A DNA stretch of 64,000 nt from Botryllus schlosseri (taxonomy: Eukaryota), in the NCBI GenBank assembly GCA_051294905.1, contig CM119372.1, forward strand, positions 6,574,001 through 6,638,000. Reading direction: 5' to 3'. Positions 51,585-63,353 of this stretch are shown in pieces. The position numbers and the translations under genes were made by a program. Positions within the stretch are counted from its first letter, which is position 1. Each line of letters begins with the position of its first letter. The notes below the pieces were generated by a model. That model was not told where the DNA came from. It did not search any database and worked only from the letters and a program-made list of their open reading frames with translations.

Positions 51585-53560
51585 CAGACCCGGGCAAAGA
51601 GCGGCCCGCGAAGCTATTCCGTGCGGCCCGCGTAATGTTGCTTAGAATTTAAAACATAAAATTTGCTTTTTGAATGACTAAAACCATAGGCCAGTGGTAC
51701 TCAACCGGGGGTCCTCGAGACCGCGAAATTTTCAAAATGGTGGAAACATTTTTTTTTTATGATTTGGCAAAACACGAGGCAGTTTAACTTTATTACTTTT
51801 AAAACTTCGTGACTCACATAACCAGATTGGCCGTCTGAGATCAAATAACATATAGTGCAAACTCAATTTACTTGCCAATAGCCTACTAATACAAACATAT
51901 TGCTGCTTAGAGATGTTTTGTGGGGGTTTGTGCAAAAAATAGTAAGTTGGAGTAGTAAGGTCCATCAGGGTGACTTTGAAGTATTTGCAACCATGCACAT
52001 TCTTTTGTGACAGTGGTTCTCAAACTGGGATGAGGTGAAAACATCTGAAGGAGGGCACAAAGCCGCAGTACTTATTGCTCTGTGTATAACTTTTAATTTC
52101 ATATTTGACAATTCTCTCTTCGACAGCCATAACAGTCCATGCCATCAAATTATCCGCTGGGCTTGTTAGCATTCTGATTGTTTTATCGCAAGCATGAGGT
52201 CGATATTTGCACAAGACAGATAACGGTTAGTCAATTCTAATCGAGATAAATTTGATCTGAAACTTGGGGGTCCGCGGAGACAAAAAGGTTAAGAACCACT
52301 GCCATAGGCTGTATCAAATGAACAGGAAATTTGTTTATTTTGAAGCCTGTACATGTACATTAATATGCCACGATTACGCAGCCTATGTAGATGTACCTGG
52401 CATGCGTAATCCAGATTCAAAATAAAGGCAATGCGGCAAAGTATGAGTAGCAATTGAAGTCACAAGAAATCACTCTTTCCATAGAGTTTAGTTCAAACCT
52501 TCCTTGTTGACATTGTCACATTACGCATTATACAGTATGTGTTTCAATTTGTGACGTGATATGTGTCCTAATTCCTAATTCGTAGAACGAGTCAATCAGT
52601 GCTCGCGATTACTATATGACTCATCATAGGCTATCTATCACCCATAAGGTATAACGGGCATGCCAAAATAGAAAGCCTAAAACTGAATTTCAAAGAAGGA
52701 TAAGGTTTAGAATTTAGAGCACTGAATATTCGCATACCGGAGTCAGGGGTAAACCCAGCCTTTGAGTTTTTGCCGACCATGTCGCCGAGATTAAGGATTT
52801 TAATTAAAGTCGGTCTTATGGAAAAAGCACGAAACACTAGGTCAAGGGAGGGCGAAGCTCAGAAAAACTGCATGCTTCGCTCAACGTAAAGGCTATTTAA
52901 CCAGCTCACTGCCCGGGAGGCAGCGACCATGGACATACGCTTTGTACTATTGCATATACATTTCAGTGCAGTGATTCGCGAGCTGGGAGACGTGAAAGCA
53001 TCGGAAGGGTGGCGCGTGCCGAAGTTTATTGAATTTTTTTCGCGCTATGCACGATATACCCTCACTCCCTCAACTTGTAGTTGTTGCTCCGTGTATTCTC
53101 CGACTTTGATATTTCACAATTCTCTGATCAACAGCCATGATCTTGCATGCAATCAAACTATCCGTTGGGATTGCTAGCATTCTGGTTGCACTTTTTAATA
53201 TTTTGTGATATCATCGGCGCGAAGTTGTTCACCATCATAAAGGGAGGTGTGCTTGGAAAAATTTGAGAACCACTGTTTAGAGTCTTAATGGAAGAATGTG
53301 GTTAGGGGTTTAAATTGAGCTAAAATGTATCATGTTTAACATTGTTTCTAATCATGACAGCTAATAGATCATTTTTTTAAATTACCGTCACTTTCTCATT
53401 ACCTAATATTAAAACATTCACTGAGCAACATTTATTAACAATGTAATTTAGACATAAAATTAAAATACGCTGGAGAATATAGCTAAATTTTTTCACTCGG
53501 CCCGCCCACGTATTTATTTTTCTCATTTGGCCCGCGGAGCAAAATAATTGCCCACCCCTG
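51585..53560. mobile_element. hAT (Charlie-like) element with nested insertions
   Basis: CAGACCCGGGCAA...TTGCCCACCCCTG; perfect TSD CTTTTAGC. Confidence 0.88.
51692..52301. mobile_element. Nested hAT (Charlie-like) MITE
   Basis: CAGTGGTACTCAACC...GGTTAAGAACCACTG; perfect TSD CCATAGGC. Confidence 0.92.
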
Positions 53561-53716
53561 CTTTTAGCAGTACTTGAAAATGCGACCAGAAACTGTAAAA
53601 ATTGAGGGAAGTTGGTATATTATGAATACGAAGCATTTGATATCAGCAACCTGAGTTGAAAAAATTCAATTTCACAAGACTTCAACTCGAATCTAAACAG
53701 TTAACGCAATGACTGA

Positions 53717-55474
53717 GGGTGGAGCCCAATTTCTCTACTGAGTAGCGATTCTCTACTCAGCAACGATTTCGTAACTCAACTCACGCCAAAAAGGATACTC
53801 ATACTCAAATGCGTCCAGATCGGCACTCAAATCTAAGTCAGCGCACCACCAGACTTAAGTGTCAATTTTCACGGTCGGGCAGCCAACTGCCGGCAACACC
53901 CGCCAAATACCGTAGTACCGGCACTGTCGTATATAGCTGGAATAGGTACACTAGTGAGGTTCTGCTGAGCGAATGAACGCAGTGGCGCTTGGACGGATAT
54001 TGTGTTTATAATTGTATCTTCTGTACCCTTTCGACTTCTTGTCGTACGGCATCTCGGTATACCGGAACGGTAACTTCTGCAGTCTCAATGCGCTAGCATC
54101 CCCCCCCCCCCGCCGTGGCGGTTCTTACGGCGACAAAAAAGCCCAGAAAAAGACCTGACAAAGAGAAAGCACTCACAAGGAATGGAAATAACTAGAAAGG
54201 GACGTGGCTTCAAAAAGATCAACATCGAAAAGAACTGTGACATCGGGCACTCTAGGCCGAGGTGGATGTCAGTAGAAAAAAAGATCGCAACTGCGTGTCG
54301 TTCGATATCCTCCCATCTGTTCATTACATCGCATTGTGTCTTATCGCATTTTACATTGTGTGTGACTTGTTCAGATGAATAATATAACTTAACGATACTT
54401 ATTATTACGCATGCTCTTCCCACAATTAAATGGATGAAACATCTTGAACAGACCCCAGTATGAACCTCAGCAGATAGAGTTCCAGCAGTGGTGGCCTTAC
54501 GAACGGGGGGACCCTGGGCGAGACTTACCGGGGGGGCTATAAGTATCTAACCGTAACTTCTGGGGGGGGGGGCTCCGCCCACCAGACCCCCCTTTCCCGC
54601 GGTAACGTTTGACCAGGTGCTGGATTCGGCTATGTCTATTATTGCATGTGTCTAAGGATAGACTACATCAAGACTAAGTAATTCTACTGCATGCAGAGAC
54701 GTGATCATCATCGGGATACGGGACTTTTCTAACAAATGCATAGATTTGATGATGATTGACACATCCGCACGGAATCATATTCTTGCTTGGTACACGGATT
54801 TCCATGTTTATTCGTTATTATCCTTATAATCTGAATAGGGGGGCCCCTTCGACCAGGGGGGCCCCGGGCGACCGCCCACCTCGCCTACCCCAAAAGCCAC
54901 CACTGAGTTCCAGGTAATATCAGGGTTAGGATGGAGTCGCTATACCTTCAAGCCAGTTTAGACGATAGCAGCAATATGCTATTGGAAATAAGAAATAGAT
55001 GCATTATTTGTTATTTCTGGTCTGCACTTACGTGTTCGCATCATGTGAAACTTATCTGTATATATTTCGAATGGGTTTGTAGCGTCTAGCAAATATACTT
55101 CTGTGGGGCATAGGAACGTTCCGGGTATCTTCAAGGATTTATATATTCATATTAGATGATCTTTAAAGAGTGTGGATCAGCTGAGGGTATTCATTGCATT
55201 TAGATAAATCAGTGAGAACTGCGTCTAGTTTGTAGGCCAGTGACGAAATAATGACGACAGCGTCGTGTTGTCATGACAAAATCGTTCACGCGTGTCCGGT
55301 CGAAGGCGAAAAAAATCTGGCAACGCTATCTCGGAAAACGACGTCTGGAAATCGATACTCAACTGAGTAGAGAGAATTGGCGCGCACTCAACGCTGAGTA
55401 ACGATCGATACTTAGTTGAGTATCGATACGCATTTGAGTAGAACTTGGCTGAGGATAGGAATTGGGCTCCACCC
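53717..55474. mobile_element. PIF/Harbinger-like non-autonomous element
   Basis: TIR GGGTGGAGCCCAATT/AATTGGGCTCCACCC; 3-bp flanks TGA/TTA; ACTCA/TGAGT subterminal repeats. Confidence 0.78.
54486..54905. mobile_element. hAT (Tip100-like) MITE nested in the Harbinger-like element
   Basis: CAGTGGTGGC...GCCACCACTG; perfect TSD AGTTCCAG; G/C-run subtermini. Confidence 0.9.
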
Positions 55475-55498
55475 TTAGACTCGGATTCGGCTATAAAC

Positions 55499-56464
55499 TA
55501 GGGATGGTGTGAACGTGAGGTTCACGTTCGCGTTCTGTGTGTGAACCTCAGAAATTTATGGGTTCGCGTTCAGAAACAAACCTTGGTAGGATCTGGACTG
55601 TGAACCTTTTTCACAGATTACCATTTTTCACGTCATTATAACATCTTTCTTTGAAATTCTTTGCATTTCAACTTCACACCATTCTATGCATGGCGCTGGC
55701 AGCATAAAAATAAACATCACCCGCCAATCTCAAATATTTTATTTGCTTTGTTACAAAAGTTTGTTCTAAATATCCAGCTTTCCGTTTGTGAATATTTAGT
55801 GACTCTCTGCTATGAGTTTGACATGCAATCACACAACATCAAGAGCGAAATACACTACATGTAGTATGTACATGTAGTTGGCGAATGATGCTTATTCAAC
55901 CAATCAATGAAATTGATGTTGTTGTCTAATGTAAAAATTTAGCAGTCGTATCGGGTCAATTTTGATTTCAGATGTTTATTGTATCATAAAAAATGCGTGC
56001 GATTGGGGTGTTGGCTACTGCTGTATAACTTTTTAATGGGGTAATATTGGTAGCAAGTATAGAAACCCGTCTTACACTCCCCTCAATATCAAGCAATAGC
56101 AATACTCAAACGCCGAATACATGGTACGGTCTGGCCTAGACCGTTGAGGCGTATATATTTCCTTGCAAGTCCTCGTCGAAATTGTTGGCAAAGCGACGAA
56201 AGATATTGGTTTTATGGGACCAAGATATCATTTGATTGCCCCAGTTGATACATTCGGCATCGTTTAAAACGTCAATATGTACTTCAGCATTGTGGCATTA
56301 TGCGGCCAACAATATAAGCTATCACTTCACTGAAATGTAGGGCTGGAATCAGCAATATGACATCACGTGACGTCATGAGGTTCACGTTCGCGTTCACACA
56401 TAACATTTCAAAAAGGTTCGCGTTCACACGAACCTGGACCTTTCAGAGGTTCACACCATTCCGA
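55499..56464. mobile_element. hAT (Ac-like) MITE
   Basis: TAGGGATGGTGTGAAC...GTTCACACCATTCCGA; perfect TSD CTATAAAC; GGTTCAC/GTTCGCGTTC subterminal repeats. Confidence 0.9.
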
Positions 56465-58016
56465 CTATAAACACTATGACTCGGACTCGACTCTCTGCTC
56501 GCCGACTCGAACTTGACTCGGTGCGAATTGAAAATGACTCGACCTGATTCGAGTCAAAACTATAAAAGTGAGACTGACTTGCGACATATTTTCACTTTCA
56601 ACAGATTGTTCTCGAATTCCTGGACACTTTCTACCCGAGAATGAAGGAAAGTATATTTCGTTGTACTCCAACAAATTTCAATTGTTTCTACCATAATACG
56701 TGTTGTAACTACTGGAATTCTTCATAGGGCCAGATTTCGTTACAATAAAGTTTTTTTCCCAAACGAATTTGTCAGTTTTTGAGTCAAAAAAGTTTTTTCA
56801 GGTCAGACTACTTTGCAAGCAAAGACAGTTCGAATCGGAAATGAAGATTTTTAGGTCAAAATCTTTCTTTTTTAGGTAAAAAAATCGCCCTAGTAATTAC
56901 TATATTTCATGGTTATACGACGGTATATGGACTGTCGGACGTCTTAGTGCCGACCAATACAATTTATGTTTTGGAATGGCTCTAGACATAGATTAAAGCG
57001 ACAATTGTAGACAAGGTCGTTGTACATTATTTATTGATGGTTGAAGGGACGATCTAGTAAAATCTAGCTTTCCTAAGAACCCCTCTAAGCGAATGCGTTT
57101 GCCGTATCAACAGTGAATATTCCATATCAGCAAATCCTGGTAACGCAGGTTCACTTTGCGGTAGTTGAAAATGATAAGGCAGTCACAGGAGCCGCTGCAT
57201 CCGAAACCCCTCACGCGAAGAGGTCCACAATTAACCTGAAACTAAAAATATTATGACTTTTTAGTTTTCGTGTCGAACATTAAATGTTTGGGTTTACATA
57301 ACGGTATATGCGACATCATAATATACAGAGGTATGGTTCAAACTATAGTTTTGCCATCGGTAACTATGGGAGAAGGTCGGGACACTCGGTGTTTGTACCC
57401 CTCCCCCAATTTCCAATGAGGAAAAGCACGGGCTTGATGAGTTGATTGCGGAATGATGTTGTTAGTGGTCACCTGACCCGTAATAAAGATGACTGCAGGA
57501 TAAGAGTTGCTAATGACGAACTGCCCAGCCCAATCCGGCTTGAATGAGCGATATCAGTATTTTAACCCATTTTATAGCCTACACAACATCGGCATTTCTT
57601 CGACAGAAGGCTATCACAATCAGATAGGGCTAGTCATCACTTGTTGAAGGACTGCAACATATGTTTAATGAGCAGTTCTCCATCTCGTTGATTTCCACTT
57701 TTACATTTTCTTGTGTCTGCGATCACTGATTACGAGAGTAGCATAAAGCAATCAGATCTGCTGGAATTTTCTGCAAATTGGTTCATGCTGTCCGATTTCG
57801 GCAATTGCATATTCCAGGAAGCAAATAAAGGATTCTGGATGACCAACCATATATGGCGATTTCCGCTTTATTTTGCTCTTCGTTGTAACGGCTCGCCAAT
57901 ATTAATAGTGACATTGAATATATCTCTATTTATTTAGAAGCAGAACAGAAGGCGGCGAAATGTCGGTGCCGATCTGAAAAGTCTACGTGATGCCAAGTCA
58001 CGAGGCTTATGACGAC

Positions 58017-58533
58017 TAGGGCTGGGCACAATGATTCGAGTACTCGAATCTGAATCGAGTATTAATTTTAATGATTCGAGTCGAGTAGTAAAAGACAATA
58101 TTTTCGAGTACTGAAATTATGCGCTCCTCGCCACCGAAAGTTAATTTATCATCGAGAATTATAGTTTCGATACTAATTTTCACTGTTGAAGCCTTGAAAC
58201 CTTGATTGGCCGTATTGTAGCATACTAAACATATCGTACAAAGATACGAACGTTACTGGAAATAGCACATTTCCGAAGTCATGATCATCCCACAACATTG
58301 TCACCAAGTACAATGATATCGGTATGGTTGAAAAAATATCAAAGTATCTTTAATGTGATAGATAACAAGCATTATATCCTTCGCGGTCGCATAAAAGGTA
58401 CATATTTGAACATTGCCATATTACATTCTGTTATGACGTCATAATGAGTGATACTCGATTACTCGATTCGACTCGAAGCATATTAGGTGATTCAGAATCG
58501 AATCACTCAGGTACTCGATTTTGCCCAGCCCTA
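58017..58533. mobile_element. hAT (Ac-like) MITE
   Basis: TAGGGCTGGGCA...TGCCCAGCCCTA; perfect TSD ATGACGAC; TCGA-rich subtermini. Confidence 0.93.
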
Positions 58534-59387
58534 ATGACGACTCAAATATGGCTTGGCATATGAAAAACATCCGGAATTCAACATTCATTCACGGCTTTTT
58601 TGTATTTAGTTACCTCACTCTAGCCATGAAGGAGTCGCGTGACAAGTGGCTGGTGAGATATCCAATCCAATCCTAGGTGACGTGAAACATCACAGGTAGA
58701 ATCAAGTATTTATATTATAGAAGCGTAAAGACCCGACGAAAGAAAGCACTCACAAGCAATGGAAAGAACAAGAAAGGGCCGCGGCTTCACAAAAAAATCA
58801 ACATCGAAAAGAACCGTTACATCGGGCACTCTAGGCCGAGGTGGAGGTCAGTCGAAAAGGATCGCAACTGCGTGTCGTTCGATATCCTTCTATCTGTTCA
58901 TTACATCGCATTGCACATTGCGTGTGACTTGTTCAGATGAAAAATATAACCCAGAGATAATTATATTATTATTATATATACTAAATTGCAAATCACTGAT
59001 GCAACGAAATGACTTAAATTGAAGTCGACGAGTCAATCTCCAATCTCTATGTCTGCTTATACTGCAATGTTTTTCACATGTTACAGCACACCTGTTTAAA
59101 AAGTCAAATTTATTTACAAACTTCATTGTCATGGTGGTTATACAGTCAGTTAACTTTTAATTTATATCTTACACCTTGTAGCCTACTTAATACTGTTGTA
59201 AATGACCCATTGTCTACTTATTGTGAATCCATCAGCCATTAGGTCAATAAATTAGGTTGATACAAAGTAAGCCTACTGCTCAACACGACTTTCCGACGAT
59301 CGGGCATGCGATTTATACCTCAAAGCAAGACTAACGTTACCCACAAGATTTGTCCTTAAGCTAATCCTAACTCTTAACTTTAATCGA

Positions 59388-59682
59388 CATGCTCAAGTGT
59401 AGACGGCTCATGTACATGTACAAATGTACATGGACCACTCAACACACCATGGGTTGCGGGTTCGAGTCCGACCGAGGTCGACTCCAGAACTCCTGCCTAA
59501 GTGTTGGAGGTTTATCTACGCTCCTCCTCGCTAACTCATCCGTTTAAGCGGTGTCTTATAAAAGCCTGGAAGCGGGTTGTGCTACAAGTCGGCAGCTACG
59601 GAATCAAAATGAAGAAAATTGGCCAGGTGAAAATGACCATAGCAGTCGACAAAATACCATGAATATCTCAAAACAAACAAAC
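59388..59682 (+). mobile_element. Putative tRNA-derived SINE
   Basis: Pol III B-box-like GGGTTCGAGTCC at 59458, weak A-box upstream, and an (AAAC)n tail at ~59670-59682; 5' boundary approximate. Confidence 0.5.
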
Positions 59683-61695
59683 ACGTCAAAACGAAGTCCC
59701 TAATTCATTTTGCCCCAACTGTAGGTTATGTACACTCCCTACTTCAATCTATCTTTAATTTAGACAAATATATTGAAAAGACTGCGGGGTATTTGCGCGT
59801 ATATCAACAAGAGTATATAAAAAAAATTGCGAATTTACGAACAACATTTTCAGTATGAAGCAATAGATATTGTCACCAGCAAGATATGCTGATCTTCAGT
59901 GCTGCCAGCCTACAGCTGCTGTTGAACGACGTTTCCTCATTTTTTTAAAGCTACTTCGTCAGGACAGAATGTCAGGACAGAATGTCAGAATGTCAGGACA
60001 GAAAAAAAGTAGAAAAGTACTTATCGTTGTACTGCAATAAATTTCAACGTTTTGCAACAATGCGTAATTTAATTACCTGAGTACCTTCACATACATCTAA
60101 TATTGTCAAAATAATACTGGTCTCTCCGATAAACTAACCATGGTTCCAGAACGATAATAAGCAATGCGGGTGCGGAAGACGTTGTTACTTCCGTAATTTA
60201 GGCGAAATGATCTCGTTACATTTCGAAACCTTATGCCTACCCGTGACGCTTAATGTGGAATAGAAATGATAAGTTGACAGTCCCGAACAGGCTGTCGAAA
60301 TAACTAGTGGAAAGGCATGTTTTCGTTGAAATAAATTGTAGGGCAGAAACTGCTTGATTGGTGTTCGATATTGATGTTTTCTAGATGCGATGCATTAGTA
60401 CTTGATATGTCACTATGGCAGTATACCCATTGGATTTTAGTCAACTCTGCCGCTAGTTTGAAGTTTTACTAAAGTTCCAAGCGTTTTGAGACTGAATGCT
60501 TGATTCTTATGAGTTGACGCAAATCACGCGGCTCAAGTTCATGTGGCGCATGATTCGAAGGTGAGAAGGTCCCAAGAAGAAGCCACCGCAAGAGCACGCG
60601 CTATAGGAACATGTCCATGCCAATTCTTCCTGGTCGGGTGCGTGATACGTAACTTAAACTGATATGACGTATCTTTCGCAGGTGCATGACTATGCAAAAT
60701 ATCACGTGAATAGTAACCGTACCCCTACATTCTAAGGTACATTCTAGTTTCATTCCAAATTATTCGAACATTATTCCGTCACGCGATGAGGAGATGTGCG
60801 TATATGGTCTTTAAGAAGCTGCCGAATCATGTTTGCGAAAAGATATTGTGAAAACAAAGGGAATCGAATTCTTCAGCCGACCACCCACAATAGTATATGG
60901 TTAACGGGCGTCGAGTATAGGCCTACCGTAATCGATTTGCTGAAGAGAAACGCAATCTACAATAGCATGTAGGTCAATGACATCGCGGTATACGCAAGAA
61001 TGACGACAGCGTCCCACCAGTAGCGTGCCATAAAATGTCCTCTAAAAACGGAACGCCCAAGCGTCCTTGGTCACGTATACAGCCGCGCAGCGAACGATCC
61101 GAGAGCAATGAATCACTCTACAAACAGTAAAATCTTGCCATAGTTCATCCCGTCATTGATCGGGACTTCGTTGATCGGTGATAACGGCCGTTTGGTAAAT
61201 GAAATGTAGGAATCTAAACAATAAATAGAATATTGATGTCAAGACGCAACCTCGTATAGCCTTCGTCGATAAATAATGCATATAGAAGTGCACCAACTAA
61301 AGTCATAAACTACTATTAGCGTTCAGGAGGAAAGGAGTGATTTATACAAATACGAGGTGACCTGTGGAACTTATACGAAATATAAGACACGATGGTGCTA
61401 GCACAATAGTTTGAGTAAAATAAGGAAATGCAATACCGAGAAGGCACAAGTTTCGATTAGGTATTGGTGTCGCATTGACTAGGACACGATATTCAAAAGG
61501 TATTTCAAAACATATTTGGATCTTGGTCCTGCGCAAATATATTTTAGTTAGCGCAATGCACATTCAGGACACACAGCAGACGAAGAGGCAAATCACATAG
61601 AAATATGACATTTACATTCCGGAATTCGGGTGCATATAGTCGGATTTCGGTACATTTTTTCTTGGCCCTCACGCGTTTCTCCCCTTTGCCGCTAA

Positions 61696-61732
61696 TATAA
61701 AAGTGGGCATCAAACGCAGTTGTGCCTCATTT
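61696..61732 (+). promoter_or_regulatory. TATA box and initiator of the peptide precursor gene
   Basis: TATAAAAG at 61696; Inr-like TCATTT ~31 nt downstream (61727); ATG at 61785. Confidence 0.65.
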
Positions 61733-61784
61733 CTCAAGACACAATCGGTACCGCCGGAAAACAGCACTCTTCAAAACATCAAGC

Positions 61785-63353
61785 ATGGCGAAGCTTTCAC
61801 TTGGATCAACTGTCAACATTGCAACAATAGGAATTCTCGTCTTCTACTTGAGCACAGCAGAATCCAGGATTTTACCGTACCGGTAACGTCCGAGATTCAT
61901 TCAATTCTGTGCCCAGTGCCTTAACGCTCACGGTTCCATATACAGAAGCATCTCGCGAAACACCGAAGATTCACTTCAAAAATCTTTCGAACCAGCATAT
62001 AAAAGCGATGAGGCATATCGGAATCGCAACGCAGCAAGAGGGAATCAAAATGGTAGGAATGCATCTTGCCGTTATGTATAAACCGGAAATGCTTTCAAAT
62101 AACTTGGTTCCTTTGCAGCATTTCTATCAAACACAAATCAGGATCGGCTATATCGATTGAGGAGGTATTCCGAGGGTACCGCAACGAGTCTGGACTCAAT
62201 CAACAGAGACAGCGTTGCAGCCGATCGTTTAAGACAATCACTTACTGGGTAAGTTTTCGCCAAAGGGAGCATTTTTCAGCTTCTTCCGAATCACCACAGC
62301 GAATCAGCTTTCCCCGCAATCATTTGGCAGAAGATGGTCTTCCACACGCAACCCTTCCTATTTACCCGGGCTTGAAACCGGCACTGGTTTTAGTGACCAA
62401 CGAATGGATTCTTGAGGGAAGGCCATCGGGATGTAAGACCTCTGATTTGCTGAACCACAGATGTAACCATTAAAGGGGTAGGGCACTCTAAAAATGATGT
62501 GGTCTCAAATTGAAGAGCAAAACGAAAAAGAATTTGGCCGCAGCCGTTTTCTTCAGAACGCCACCATAATGGAACTGCAATTTATTAAAATTTCCACAGC
62601 AACTTCACGCTATAGCAGTCACGCAGAGATCAAACTTTATATATTTGTCAGCCGATGTTATGAAGCAAATATGTCGTACACGCGCTATTTCCCAAAGAAA
62701 TAGAATGCACTAGGCCCGATTTTGACATAAATCTCCTGACTCAACATCTTCCGTTGAACGCGGTATCTAAACCACCTTGGCGTGTACGACATATTTCCTT
62801 CATAACATCGGCTGACAACTATATAAAGTTCGATCTCTGCGTGACTGCTGGAGCGTGAAGTTGCTGTGGAAATTTCAATAAATTCCAGCTCCATTACGGT
62901 GGCGTTCTGAAGAAAATGGCTGCATCCAAAAACGAAAATTTCGTTTCGCCCTTCAATTTGAGACCACATCATTTTTAGAGTGCAGTGCCCCTTAGCTTTA
63001 GTTTTAGGTAGTATTTAATAAATGACTACTACCTATATCAAAATGTTCAATGCATTCTAAATGGGGTTGGGGTGCTAGGTGATATGTTCGAGGTGTGAAA
63101 TCCAACTAACATGAGATTTTCCTGAACCGAAACAAATGGCCATGATAAACCTACTATTCTACTCCCGCTAAATGTGATTCAAATGTACCGATGGGCGATG
63201 GTATCGCTACTAATACAGCATTTCAAATTGAATTACCTTTTTTACAGACCAGCCACAGGCGGCTTGATCGATAAGCAATGTCTCATGGAATATCTTCCTA
63301 CAATTGTCTCCGACTACACGTTTAATTATGCAATTTCGATATGTACACTTTGA
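61785..63353 (+). CDS. Secreted prepropeptide, glucagon/GIP/secretin-superfamily-like, ~146 aa; exons 61785-61882, 61946-62052, 62119-62248, 63248-63353 (last exon less certain)
   Basis: Signal peptide MAKLSLGSTVNIATIGILVFYLSTAES. GT-AG introns of 63, 66 and 999 nt with matching phases 2,1,2; 441 nt in total. An RLRR site is followed by YSEGTATSLDSINRDSVAADRLRQSLTG. Confidence 0.75.
62474..62992. mobile_element. Palindromic Kolobok-like MITE in intron 3 of the peptide gene
   Basis: TTAA|AGGGGTAGGGCACTCTAAAAATGATGTGGTCTC...GAGACCACATCATTTTTAGAGTGCAGTGCCCCT; ~200-bp inverted arms, which explain the near-identical ORFs 62494+ and 62685-. Confidence 0.85.

Larger units (their letters stand above)
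53563..56583 (-). mobile_element. Inverted, fragmented family A MITE split by two insertions
   Basis: 53563-53715, 55477-55498 and 56465-56583 together are the reverse complement of ~15365-15650. Confidence 0.7.

Noticed and set aside
57938..58012. KQNRRRR-NVGADLKSLRDAKSRGL as another peptide exon
   Set aside because: Short, with no family resemblance and no upstream signal-peptide exon found.
62066..62473. 135-aa ORF overlapping exon 3 of the peptide gene (frame ISIKHKSGSAISIEEV)
   Set aside because: It is open and phase-compatible only if exon 2 is skipped, and it has no recognisable motif. The other frame gives RLRR-YSEGT and uses the well-formed 61946-62052 exon.
62494..62972. Two near-identical opposite-strand ORFs (MMWSQIE...)
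   Set aside because: Artefact of the inverted arms of a palindromic MITE.
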